DNA of 64,000 nucleotides from Penicillus capitatus (lineage: Eukaryota; Plantae; Chlorophyta): the NCBI GenBank assembly GCA_965649825.1, contig OZ287706.1:248001-312000 (forward strand). The letters are read 5' to 3'. The position numbers and the translations under genes were made by a program. Below, in pieces: positions 1-10,944 of this stretch. Positions within the stretch are counted from its first letter, which is position 1; each line of letters begins with the position of its first letter. Below the pieces are notes generated by a model. It was not told the origin of the DNA and made no database searches. It worked only from the letters and a program-made list of their open reading frames with translations.

Positions 1-30
1 CAAAAGTGGCAAAGTCGATGGCCTTCTTGT

Positions 31-898
31 AGAATGATGTCGAGCTTTTTATGGAAACGAGATCAGACGGGAGGTCGCTGGAAAAAGAAGTGTTTGTTGA
101 GCGTGTTTATGGCGGCGTAGATGCTCGCTGCGATAGCTACACCTACTTCGCTTCTCTGCGCACGTCGTTAGACAATGGCTATCGTCATGTCTGCGGCGGC
201 GTGCTCATATCGGAGAGGGCGGTGTTAACGGCCGCACATTGCGTGGATGGAACTGGAGGTTTGTCAATTCAGCTTGTTACGGTGAGCGCACGTGGCTCTG
301 ATGACGACGGAAACGACTGTCACACCAATCCCTCTGAAGTGCTCCCTCCTTTTGTCTGTTATCCACATGAGCCCGCTTTTTCCTTTAGGCTCGTCGTGTG
401 GCAGGAATCGAGATGCATCCGAAATGGTCTGTGGGCGAGAAGGCCAGAAGTTTGGGCAACGGATACGACTTGGCAGTGATCAAGCTGAATAAACCGTCCG
501 AAAAGACGCCGATCAAGGTCCACGAAAAAACGAACATAACAGCGGATTTTTTGAACTTCGTTGGACTGGGAAGGCAATCTGTGGATAGTAGATTTGCATC
601 TAATCTTCAGGTGTCCAGAGTGTCTGTTCTCAGTAAAGCAGATTGCGAGAAAGCATACGATACAACTTTCCAGAGAAATATCCTCTGTACGGATTATGAC
701 TCGGAGTTCTGTGCTGGAGACGAAGGAGGACCGTTGATCGACACGACATCGAAACCGGAAGAACTTGTTGCCATTGCACATCTGAAACATCCGTCCGATG
801 TCTGTGGGAACTCGGATTTCCCGGGACTCTATGCCGATGTCATAGAGTCAAGGAGCTGGATCACTGAGACAGTAACGAAGTTCTCCGAAGACTCGTGA
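31..898 (+). CDS. Trypsin-like (S1) serine protease homolog, catalytic Ser replaced; 5' end lies upstream of the window
   Basis: Activation-like R|VYGG, CGGVLI, LTAAHC (His), YDLAVIKL (Asp), but CAGDEGGPL where GDSGGP is expected. Probable intron 339-388 (GT-AG); exon entered through acceptor TAG at ~30. Confidence 0.9.
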
Positions 899-1854
899 AG
901 ACCTCTGAGTTCATTCGTACTTTTGATTCAATTGTTGCATGAGTTTTCTCTTCACGCAGTATTTTTTATTTTTGTTTAAGTGCTCGTTGCGTTTCTGGGC
1001 GTTTGAGGGTGGATGCTCTTTGGTCGAAGTAAAGGGGTTGTTTCCTAGCCTCCGACAATTCTCCAACTCACATGTCAACTGCGAACAAAGAAGTCACATA
1101 TGTGACATCACATTCAAACGTATACACCCCATTAACGTATTCCTAATCAGCTCCTTTAAAGCAGCTACTGGTTTGTTAGTGAGTGCACGCGTATCGTCAT
1201 AAACACGATCGAAGTTACAGAACTCCGCAAGCAAAAGAATCCTAAAATCGCCTCTGTTTGACAGACTATTGCAAAGCCTTCTGTGCCGTTTCACAATGCG
1301 AAATTTTTCTGCTCAAGATGACTGCGCCGCGTCTGTGCGCATCCAGAGAACGGCATCTATACAAGGCAACGTGTAATATACAACAATGGCGTCTGTTTTA
1401 TACCACCAGAATCCGAACAGAGTAATAGGATGGACACGCGGGACCTTGAAGGCCTACCGGTAGAGCGCACTCAAGACGTATGTGGCGATCTAGGGATGTG
1501 ATCTTCCGAATGGACGCATTCATGCCGATCATTAGGCAGATAGACAGACAGTGTTTGAGTTACATAGTCATTCTGAGGCGGCGTTTTCATGGTGTTTATT
1601 GAGACATCGCACAAGGTGTTGAACCACTTCTGCGAGAAAGACTCGATTGGCAAAACAAGAAAAGAGAGTATGAGATTAAACTAACTTGGTCGGCTCTTCG
1701 GCAGGTAAGATACTTAAACGTTAGTGCCGAAGAGTACTAGTCGCTGCAGTCTGTAAACACTCGTTCGCTGTAATAGAAGCACAAAATCAGTCATACATGC
1801 CAGAGCTCACTCCTTGTCCACTTCAACCGTTCGTAAGGACCTGGGTGCGTAGGG

Positions 1855-1920
1855 CAGTCAATCATCGGGCAATGCCGAAAGTCGTCACAGTCAATCATCG
1901 GGCAATGCCGAAAGTCGTCA
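1855..1920 (+). repeat. Perfect tandem duplication of a 33-bp unit
   Basis: cagtcaatcatcgggcaatgccgaaagtcgtca at 1855-1887 and 1888-1920. Confidence 0.95.
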
Positions 1921-2230
1921 CGAGTGCGCGGCGGTCGTCACTGGACGGACGACGCGGATACGGCGAATACGGTGGGCATATGTTGAAGTCGGCGCGTTCT
2001 CGACTGTGGGGATCGACCCGAAAGCGGATGGTGCAGTTGGCCAGTTCGAGAAGTACGACCGCGGGGGTTCGATTCCTGCGCCGGACACAGAGGAGGGTAG
2101 TCCCATCAGAGTTGACCCGGATGTGTCTGGCGAGCCCGCGCCGAGTTGGATGGGTTACGGCGGGGAAAGGACAACGTCGAGCCAGTTCGGGGGCCGACGA
2201 TGGAGTCACCACCCGGACAAAAACTTTTGT
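1912..2230 (+). repeat. Dispersed ~320-bp repeat, copy 1 (SINE-like or Pol III ncRNA candidate)
   Basis: Near-identical to 61754-62062 (8 substitutions counted over the ~260-bp core). A-box-like TGGTGCAGTTGG 2029-2040, B-box GGTTCGATTCC 2066-2076, ends in AAAAACTTTTGT. Confidence 0.85.
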
Positions 2231-3290
2231 TTGCTTTCTTTTCGAGTTCCGTAACCCGCCAAAAACGATGCGAAAGTTTTTTGGAGAAATTCTGCAGCTA
2301 GCGACGCAGGTTTGCGCTTGGCACGTATTTTTGCCCTTCTTGTTTCATCGACTTCTTGTCTAAAGTCTCAACTTGTTACAGGTATCATGCACAACAGTAA
2401 GTGGGTTCTGGAGTTTTACACTTTTTTGGCTTGCGTATTGCAAGACTGTTTTCTGATTCTATCTTGTCTGTCACGAAAGGGGTGTGTCGAGTCGCAAGAC
2501 AGACCGTGACCGTAAACGACGTCATGGAGAACACGCATTTTTCAAAAGTAGAGAAGAATCTTTGCAAGACGAAGATGCTTCCGAGGAACGCCTCGCTTTC
2601 ATACGTCGGGAGGCCCTAAGGAGCAAGTTCTTCGCCGACGAAGGTTGCACAACAGGTAACGCCGTTTGTCGTCAAGCTTTACACCTCTTCCGATCAGATA
2701 CACAGTTTCCGTCGTGGAGAGAGGCAGAGAGTCGAAGCCATAAACAACTAACTCCTAGAACGTGGCTATGGTCTTTGCAACAACGAGCCATTTTCCACAG
2801 GTCGTTTTGGCTGGTGTGGACTCCTACAGACAGTATTAAGCGATGACCCATCATGGCACTTGTAGTCATCGCATCAACGACGTATTAGTCGCCCCTCCTG
2901 ATCGGGAGGTACTTAAGGAGGGGCGTGAACAACGGAAGACACTCTCGTTCTTTTGTAAGCAATCGTTTGTTTACAACGTCTGAAGTAATGACAGCTGGCA
3001 TACATTTTGGTCTCATTCTTCGAGGGGTACTAAAAATGCGCTCCGTCCAAAGAAGAAATGCTCAATACGAAGCGATGACGTTGCTTCTCTGATTAACGTG
3101 GTCGACGGCAAAGCTTAACGAAAACCAACCTTCTTTTATAGACGTCACTGCGTCGTCGCGTAAAGAGTGGGAACTCTGAATTCTGAGTTTGTTCGTGGAA
3201 GGCAACAGTGCGCATGCGCTGCTGTCGATCGGCGAACAAATGCCGTCTAAGACACGGCAGCAAATGATCAGAAGTGCGTGGCGTGGTTAA

Positions 3291-5089
3291 ATGCATTCGG
3301 AAGGCGAGGTAACGATGCCATCATTTTACATAAACGACGACGACACATGCTGAGTGTTCGAAGCTTGTGGCGTAGCACGAATCGTGCACCGTTCTCAACA
3401 GGTACGTAATACCTCTCTCATGGATATTCATTGAGAGCCTTCGGATCACAGGGATTGAAAACCTGCTCGGAATTCCAGGCGTTTCGGAAAAACTCGATAG
3501 GCTCGCCGATCGGCAAGCAGTTCTGACGAAACAGCTGATAGGTGCCTGCTCTTAAACGGCAAGAGACTGGTTCTAAGGAATGCCAGGGTGCCGTAGATCC
3601 ATCCTCGCTTGCCGATTCCAATAAACTACAGAAAGAGTTCGCAGCGTTGGAACCGATCGTTGACATCAGAACTCAGCTGATACAAACGCAGAAAGAGGTG
3701 GACCTGTGAAACGACAGTACTCTGTTGCGCATGGATGTTGTCCGAAGGCAGCGGATCTAAGAGCTTTGGCAGTAAAAGATGCCGAAGGGGCAGAAATGCA
3801 ACAGTACGCCAGGGAAGAACTGGCGGTTACAGAACAGAAAGTAACAGTTCCGTTGTCAGCCATTCCTCCGATACAGAACGATGTCTGCACGCACAGCTGG
3901 GCAAACTCAACAGGGATCTCCTGTCAGCTCTAGTGCAGTCAAGGGATGAAACGCTACGGGATGACGTTATTCTCGAAGCAATCCTTCGAAGCTCACACAT
4001 AAAAAAGAGTGAGAGATATACTTAGGTGCGCGCAGGCGTCGGCGGGGAGGAAGGCGCTCTGTTTGCTTTCGATCTCTACCGAATGTACCACAAATACTGT
4101 CAACTGAAGAAATGGAAGACAGAGGTGTGCAGTATTGGTCGTCTGGTTCAAAATTCTTCCTGTGCGGTTTAGGTGATGGAAATGTCTCAAAGTGAGATGG
4201 GCGGGATCAAATTCGCCAGTCTTTCCGTCTCTGGCAAGGGGATCCTCGACACGTTGTCGATGGAGAGCGGAGTCCATCGAGTGCAGGTCGACAGTGCCAC
4301 TCCATCTCCGGTTTTGACTTGATCATGTGGCTGACCTGCATCAGAGAGTGCCGTTGACAGAGAAGTCCGGAAGGCTCCAAACGAGTGCAGCTTCCGTCGT
4401 CGTTCTGCAACAGCCGTCAGACGTACGTCTAGGCACGGGGAGATTTCGCTGTCTGTATGCGCTGCTCCAGGTTGATGTGGTCTTGTCGCCTGACGACCTC
4501 AGAATTGACGTCTATCGAGCGAGCGGAGCAGGCGGGCAACATGTCAACACGACAGAGAGCGCTGTCAGAATAACCCATCTACCGACAAAAATCTCCGTTG
4601 CTATACAAGTATTGTCCGCTAACCGATGCCATTCCATTGCGTTCGAAACCGCAAGAACAGGATGAAAGATCGCAGCACAGGAACAAAGAAAAAGCTCTGC
4701 GGGTTCTCAGGGCAAAACTGTATGAGCTAAAAAGGTGTCAGTCCTCGATAGAAAAAAAAACCAAACCGTCAACGGGTGTTGCTAGGGCTGAGCAAATCAA
4801 AGAACAGTCAGAAAGTCGAAAACAGAGTATAGGGACTGGAGATCGTTCCGAACGCATACGTACATACAACTACGCACAGGTAAAGTAGACGGGTGAACAG
4901 AACTCCTTTCCAACGCGTCTGTCTTTTCAGGACCGTGTGACCGATCACAGAATTCAGCACTCGGAGACAGGTGTCCAGGAAATGATGGATGGTTTGAAAC
5001 TGGATGCATTCGTTGATCTTCTGCTTGTACACTTTCAGTTGAAACGACTGGAAAAAATTGTCGAACACGGTCATGGGCGCACGACATGA
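3291..5089 (+). CDS. prfA: Organellar peptide chain release factor 1 (multi-exon; start uncertain)
   Basis: Spliced exons give ILE|[29 protein letters not shown]|[49 protein letters not shown] (GGQ), [32 protein letters not shown]; TGA at 5087-5089. Confidence 0.95.
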
Positions 5090-5098
5090 ATTCTCACG

Positions 5099-5103
5099 TG
5101 TAA
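5099..5103 (+). terminator. TGTAA polyadenylation signal after prfA
   Basis: TGTAA about 10 nt after the prfA stop; UGUAA is the known chlorophyte poly(A) signal. Confidence 0.5.
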
Positions 5104-5149
5104 GGAAAAGCGTTGTCTTTCTGGAAACAAGTCACTTCTGGCAAAGCCA

Positions 5150-6590
5150 TTCTCTGTCGTCCTTATTGAGCTAATGGCGAATGCCGCCAAAGAGATCCAC
5201 CTCCGATGCAGTGGAGGTTCTTGCCGGAGACACTGTTCCCTGACCCGACTTCTTATGTCGCTTGTTTTGTCGAACTTGAGTCTTCCTTAGATGTGTGGGT
5301 GGGGCTGCGCCATGGAGTCAAGTGCCAACAGATGCTATCAGTGATGCACATACCTATCGCATTTTCAGCCGTAACGTGGCTTCGGTTCTCAGCAGTTGTT
5401 GTTTTTTTGATCTGTTTCGCAGAACGCGAATGCCGACGTGGTTTTGGAGAGAGCTGTCTTGGAACATAGCATCTTTGGACTGGACAGATCGCCACCGTCT
5501 CTTGAGTTTCTACACAGAAAAAAAATCGCACACGCCATACATAACCTTCAACTGCTCTGAAAAGAAGAGCCGTCTTACTGGAGGTGGGGGTGATGCTTGT
5601 CAGATTCCGTTTATCGACGGCATCTGCCAGTTCCACATGTCTCAAAGAAAGACTGGGACATAAGAAGTGGGAAGAAGGCATTCACACAGACGGTTATTAC
5701 CTCATCCTCAGTTGTGCAATTTGTTGATCCACGGACGATATCTCCGCATGTATTTGGAGCAATCGATCTTGAAGTCTCCGCTGCTCCTGGGCCAAGAGAG
5801 AAGAGACCTGTGCCGCCGTTGTCTGCTTCTGCTTTATTTTTTCTTCTGTGTCTGCAAACGACACAGCTGTCCTGTTTTCGGTGCGGTGGAGGGATGGAGT
5901 GCCTTTGTTCGTCGCCTCCAAGTTGGACTTTTCTTCCATGAAAGCGCGGTTCTCAGCGTCGCACTGACCCAGTGATGCTCCATAATGTGCTCGCTGACTG
6001 TTCAAGTACTCCATGTCACAGACCAACTGTTTTTCCTCCTCTATCAAAGTTTTGCCTCTGCTTTGCAATGCCTCAGGCGAAAAGGAGGATCTAAATTCCG
6101 AGCAGGCGTTTAAAAAAGCGTTCGGCGCCTGGTGTCCCTCTTCCAGTGTTTTGAGGAACTTCTACGCAGCAACGAGTCTCCCGGAGCGATGTCTAAGGAC
6201 ACGTACGTACCTTCGTTTTTTCTTCCTTTGACAGGACAGACGTCGCGGAAGACGAAGACGACTGTTCGAACACTTCACACTCCTGACGGTCGAGTTCTGC
6301 TAGAGAGCACGTCCTTGTCTCTTGTTCGACGGCAGCCTGTGACAGCTACGCCCTTAAAGGAGGAAAGAAAGGGATACGCACTCGTAGTGATGCCTCTCGC
6401 TTTTGCAGTGCGACAATATCGTGTTCAAGACTGATCGAGAAAGCGACTTCCTGAAAACGTATCTCCTCCTGTTTCCGTACCGACCGTACAGCGTGAGCAC
6501 CTCTGAGATCGCGTTTTCGAGATGATTAAGCTCGTCGCGTACGGCGGCAATTGCATCGGCCAGGTCGGAAGAGGTGGATACATGCGTCAT
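5150..6590 (-). CDS. Hypothetical coiled-coil protein (multi-exon; 3' end approximate)
   Basis: GT-AG-joined exons give MTHVSTSSDLADAIAAVRDELNHLENAISE, EVAFSISLEHDIVALQKREASLR, EALQSRGKTLIEEEKQL and QEQRRLQDRLLQIHAEISSVDQQIAQLRM; further exons extend through 5650-5150. Confidence 0.6.
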
Positions 6591-7054
6591 CGACACTCAA
6601 GGTCGTCGGTCCGGAAGCAAGCTGCCTGCCGCTCAGGATTCGCGTTTTTGGGTAAAGACTTGCAGAAAGGTGTGTTGAGCGAAGGCGAGAACCGCACGAG
6701 GTTAAGATTGTCAAAGGAGGGATTCAGTAGCAGGCCAAGTCACGTGGAATACAGCTTGAGAACTTTAATGGGTGATGATAAATCGAACAAACGACGACAA
6801 TGACATCATTCTGAGAACGCCGAAGTGCTTACCAAGCTGGCAGCTGTCATGCAAGATCGAAAAAGCAAGTCGTCCGTGTGTGGTGCATCTGTTTGGAGGT
6901 GGCTTTGGGTTCATCATCGTCATTTACGCAACCAAACTGCCGCATCATTGTTATAAAATGGGAGCTCGACCTGTAGAATTTTTTACGTTTAAGTGTGTTC
7001 GTTCGTACCGCGAGAGCGCGACACAAACGACACTGGATTGATTGTCGTCACATC

Positions 7055-7491
7055 ATGCAGCGGCGGGTCATGACGACGAGTCAGATCGCGCTGCAGGCGA
7101 CGACGACAAGACGACAACACCTTCTCCTTTATGACGACCCAAACGTACGCGCAGCGGTCGGACGCCTCCGGAACGTAACCACTCACCGCATATGTCAATT
7201 CCATAGCAGGACGAAGCGCGTCGTCTACAGCGTCTATATCAAAGGGTGACGAAGAAGCTTCAAAACAGAAAAGCTTATGGTTCAGATAGAAGAGCGAAGC
7301 GAGAGCGCATCGGCGCAAGCAGATCTTGTAGAGGCAGGTTCGAGTCGAGTAGAGTTCATTGCGGACGTCGCGCAAGAGGACGAAGGGTTCTGCTTGAAGA
7401 GATTGCTGCGACAGGCATCTCGATAGACGACGAACGTGGAGATATTATCCACATTCTCCAAACAATGATCTTGGCCGCAGAGTGCTACTGA
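7055..7491 (+). CDS. Small hypothetical spliced protein
   Basis: Coding-like segments DEARRLQRLYQRVTKKLQNRKAY and VLLEEIAATGISIDDERGDIIHILQTMILAAECY* with plausible GT-AG sites; stop 35 nt from the ferroportin stop. Confidence 0.35.
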
Positions 7492-7526
7492 CGACCAGGA
7501 TACGGCGTGGTAAAAACGTATAAGGT

Positions 7527-9176
7527 TTAAACGTCATCGTCGTTCGCCATTTCTATCTCCTGAGGCTCGGCGGCAAGGACTACGTAACGTGATTTCATCA
7601 AAAACAGCGAAAAGAGGATGAAACTTGTGGTGACGGCGCCGACTGAGATGATCATGAGCCAGATAAACTGTTCCGGACGCGATGCTGCGATACCTCCAAC
7701 AAAAATCAAAAGCGTAAAGACATTTTCCAAAAGCCTCTGCGTTGCACACACGCGTCCCAGTTGCCCTTCCTCCACCCACTCTTGCAAAATCTGAGTGACG
7801 GAGAGATCAAAGAGCCACAGACCGAAGCGCGAAATGGCAATCGCCCAGACTAAAAAATTGAATCGGACCGTCTCCGAAACAGGCGCGATCATGTTGGCAA
7901 TGCTCGGAAGGGCGCCGAGGAGGACGCAGCAGAGGAAGAAGGAATTGGAGAGGATTCCAGTGGTACGGAGACTGAACCGAGCATGAAAGCGCGGGAAGAA
8001 CCTCGCACCCAATACCCCTGTCAAGGCACCCAGTCCTCGATAAAGACTCAGACCCACTTCAGAAAGACCCAGCCACTTGACATACGCCGTCATCAGTATG
8101 CCAAAGCTGAGTACAGTCAAGTGCAGGACGGACAGAGACAGTGTGGCCAGCACACAGGATTGCTTGAAGTAGAGCTGAAATCCGTCGGCGAGAGATCGGC
8201 CGTAGTTTACCACGCGCTTTCCAAAGGGTTCCCGATCCATGATCTCATCCTTCGTCCCAGATTCGGCCTTCGCCAACTGCGGTGCGTGGTTGGTGACGTA
8301 CCGGACCAAGGCCACTTCTGGAAACCACGCCACGAGGTTGTAGAGGAAGATCTCGATGACGGCCACTCGCATCGAGAAGACGTTCATGAGGACGCCCGAG
8401 AAGATCGGAGCTACGATAAGACAGATGAGGTCGATGGTCTTGAGCGTGGAGTTGAGTTTCGCGAGTTCCTGAGATTGCGTGCCCACTAAGGCCTTTGTCC
8501 AATCCTTCTCAATGGCGATGGTCCCGCCCATGGTGCCAATACTCGACATCGTGCCAAATGCCACGATCGCCAGCGATGCAAACGTGCCGACCGGTCCTGA
8601 AGGATGCGCGTGGCGCCAGAGCAGGAGCATCGAGGCTAGGGCTGCCAATACGAGACCGATGTTTTGAATGAAGTAAAAAGTGCAGACGGCTCTGAACCGT
8701 GGTGTTTTGTCGATGTAGACGCCGATGGAGGGACTGAGCAGCACAGAAGTGAGAGCTTGGACGAGACCAAAGAGTGAGACGTAAAAGAGTGAGCGCTTGT
8801 AGATCTCGATGAAAATCAAGCCGACAGCAAAGGACCAGGTTCGATCCGACCACGTTGACAGGGCGTGCGAAGCGCAGAGGGCAAATCTGACGCGTCCGGA
8901 AGGTAGAAGTGGTTCGTTGACTGTTTCTTCCGTTTCTTCCTTTTTGACTAGGGGCTCTTCTTCCAGGTCGATGCTCTCGGCCGACTCGTGGGAGCTCCTG
9001 ACGGACATGGCTGCTCGTTTGCGATGGACGTGGGTCCGACGATCGACGGAAGGACGTGTCGCACGACGGCGGTGGAGAGAAAGCGCAGAGAAAGGCTGCG
9101 ACTGACGCAGCGAAGTCCACGGAAAATGGTGTACGGCGGGAGAACGCACGAGATGGGTACACTTCATTCGATGCAC
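7527..9176 (-). CDS. FPN/IREG: Ferroportin / IREG family iron exporter (single exon)
   Basis: 549-aa ORF with SHALSTWSDRTWSFAVGL, IAIEKDW, LNSTLKTIDLICLIVAP, LHLTVLSFGILMTAY and SRFGLWLFDLSVTQILQE, plus many TM helices. Confidence 0.95.
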   Translation of the reverse strand: MHRMKCTHLVRSPAVHHFPWTSLRQSQPFSALSLHRRRATRPSVDRRTHVHRKRAAMSVRSSHESAESIDLEEEPLVKKEETEETVNEPLLPSGRVRFALCASHALSTWSDRTWSFAVGLIFIEIYKRSLFYVSLFGLVQALTSVLLSPSIGVYIDKTPRFRAVCTFYFIQNIGLVLAALASMLLLWRHAHPSGPVGTFASLAIVAFGTMSSIGTMGGTIAIEKDWTKALVGTQSQELAKLNSTLKTIDLICLIVAPIFSGVLMNVFSMRVAVIEIFLYNLVAWFPEVALVRYVTNHAPQLAKAESGTKDEIMDREPFGKRVVNYGRSLADGFQLYFKQSCVLATLSLSVLHLTVLSFGILMTAYVKWLGLSEVGLSLYRGLGALTGVLGARFFPRFHARFSLRTTGILSNSFFLCCVLLGALPSIANMIAPVSETVRFNFLVWAIAISRFGLWLFDLSVTQILQEWVEEGQLGRVCATQRLLENVFTLLIFVGGIAASRPEQFIWLMIISVGAVTTSFILFSLFLMKSRYVVLAAEPQEIEMANDDDV

Positions 9177-10944
9177 TGCGATGCGATGTTCCGGTCGTCA
9201 CAGTTTGTCTGATGCACGATCAATCCTTTGGTATGCACCTATCTGGACACTCCCTCGTCTAAAGTTGGCGATGAGTTTCCCCAGTGGACTGCACCTGTCT
9301 CGAAGAGACGGAGGTCTAAGACACCCATGCTTTGTGTTTTCGCTGACCGATGTGGTTGTTTATCGAGATCTGGTGTCAGAGTGGGATCGACTGGGATGAC
9401 TTTTCGGGAATGATCTGCGTGTTTTCTGCCAACGAAAAAGAGCAACGGATCAATCTCCTCTTAGGAGAAGGAAGGAGGCACAATCTGTGTCCACTGACGT
9501 CTTGTCCGCCGCCATCGCCGCCGTTTTGATGCGCGTCAGCCGCCAGAGAAAGAAGGGAAATGCTGCCGGTAGCTTTGTCGTAGATTTTGGCGCGTTATGC
9601 TTCTGAAGTGATGATCCCAAGGAGGCCAAAAAATGGAGGGTACTACACTATATGGCCTTCTTCTCTAGAGGAATAGGTGAATGGCTGTCTGAGTCGTCTG
9701 GCAAAGCTGTTCGAAGACTTCATTATTTTGCCATTCGTGCACGATGTGTTTTTCTCTCTGCCTCCGATGAACGAGGCAACAGTATTTTTCTCCTTCTCTC
9801 GGAAAGAACTCTACCAGATTTCACAGCTCCGGCCGTCGCGAGGCCCTTACTAAACACCTCGTACCAACCGACATCGCCCGTTGGCAAAATCGTCTACCTC
9901 AGCAGAAATTCTGAAGGAGAGTGCAGCGGGCGACCGTATTCGAAACGTCGCAGACGAAGCCTGTCTATCCGCTCAGCGTCTATACGCGACGAATTCAGGA
10001 GACGCGCACGCGGGAGGTCTTGACACGTAGACCCCCTATCGAGCGATTCCAAGACAAAAGGACAAACGGTTAACCCTGAGCAGGAACTGCGCTTGAAAAG
10101 TCCATCTGTTCCTAGAGCTCAACAGCCTTTCTTCGCAAACGGTTGGACGACAAGAGACGCTTCCTTACGTTTTCGAGGCCAGACCAATGCCGCGTCGCTC
10201 AATTCTTCTCACGAGACGGCGCTTGGGCAGAAGACCGTTGCCACTGCGGACTGCTTACGCCGAGTTCACTGTCCTCTGACCGACCTGCCAGTAATGCGGT
10301 TTACAGCGCGGGTGCACGAGAGCCACAGAAAGACATTGTCTATCAGGCATAGCCTCAAATAGCTCTATGACACAGCACGATACAGTCTAACGTCGCTCGC
10401 TCCGTCGATGCCATCGGTTGCATGAATCCGACGAAAGAAGGTCCGGAGATCGAAGAGAGACGGAAAACCGACCGGCAAGAGATTCGAAAGCGCGTCATAG
10501 ATAAGACGACAACCCAAACACGCACTCCTCCCTTAAGGCGAACGATTTCACCAACGAAATCTCTTCGCACCCACTGTCGACGAATCCGCACACGGGAGCT
10601 GTTGTCTGACAGCGAATAGACGTCTGAGGGCAGGGCACAGGACGCAGGCATCTTCGCAGAAACGGACGTTTGAGTTTTGACACGTGTTGTAATGATGAAT
10701 GTCAGCGTCGTTGTTTGGGCACCGTTCCTTTGCATTCATGTCGGTCGGCATTGTCGTCGGTCCTTACGTGGAGATAGATGACCCAGAGGTCCGACATTAC
10801 GTGTGATCGATCGTTCGGAACAGAATTCGAAGAAACCGCAGTGATGTCCTCTTCAGTACCTGAGCCTCGTCATCTCATCAACGGAGCACACGGATGAAGT
10901 GCACGTACACACACGCATCGGGACTTTGCTGAATTGATTGTGTA

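Noticed and set aside
1380-1680. TLKAYR*SALKTY peptide suggesting a tyrosine-recombinase element
   Set aside because: Too short, interrupted by stops, and no catalytic R-H-R-Y motifs nearby.
2005-2230. Repeat as tRNA, SRP RNA, RNase P/MRP, U snRNA or 28S fragment
   Set aside because: No acceptor or anticodon stems; no SRP helix-8 CAGG/AGCAG loop; no P/MRP CR-I or CR-V. The ACCCGAAAG..GATGGTG resemblance to 28S does not extend.
1895-2254. ORFs across the repeat, including a C2H2-like CPFPAVTHPTRRGLARHIR on the minus strand
   Set aside because: The second Cys and His are missing, and substitutions between the two copies are mostly non-synonymous in the frames compared, so there is no sign of coding constraint.
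2484-2846. 120-aa ORF with possible in-frame introns
   Set aside because: No ATG start context or recognisable family; cannot be supported without RNA data.
5295-5663. HECT-like WFWRELSW..RLLSFY peptide on the plus strand
   Set aside because: No catalytic HTCFN motif, and the region is explained by spliced exons of the minus-strand coiled-coil gene.
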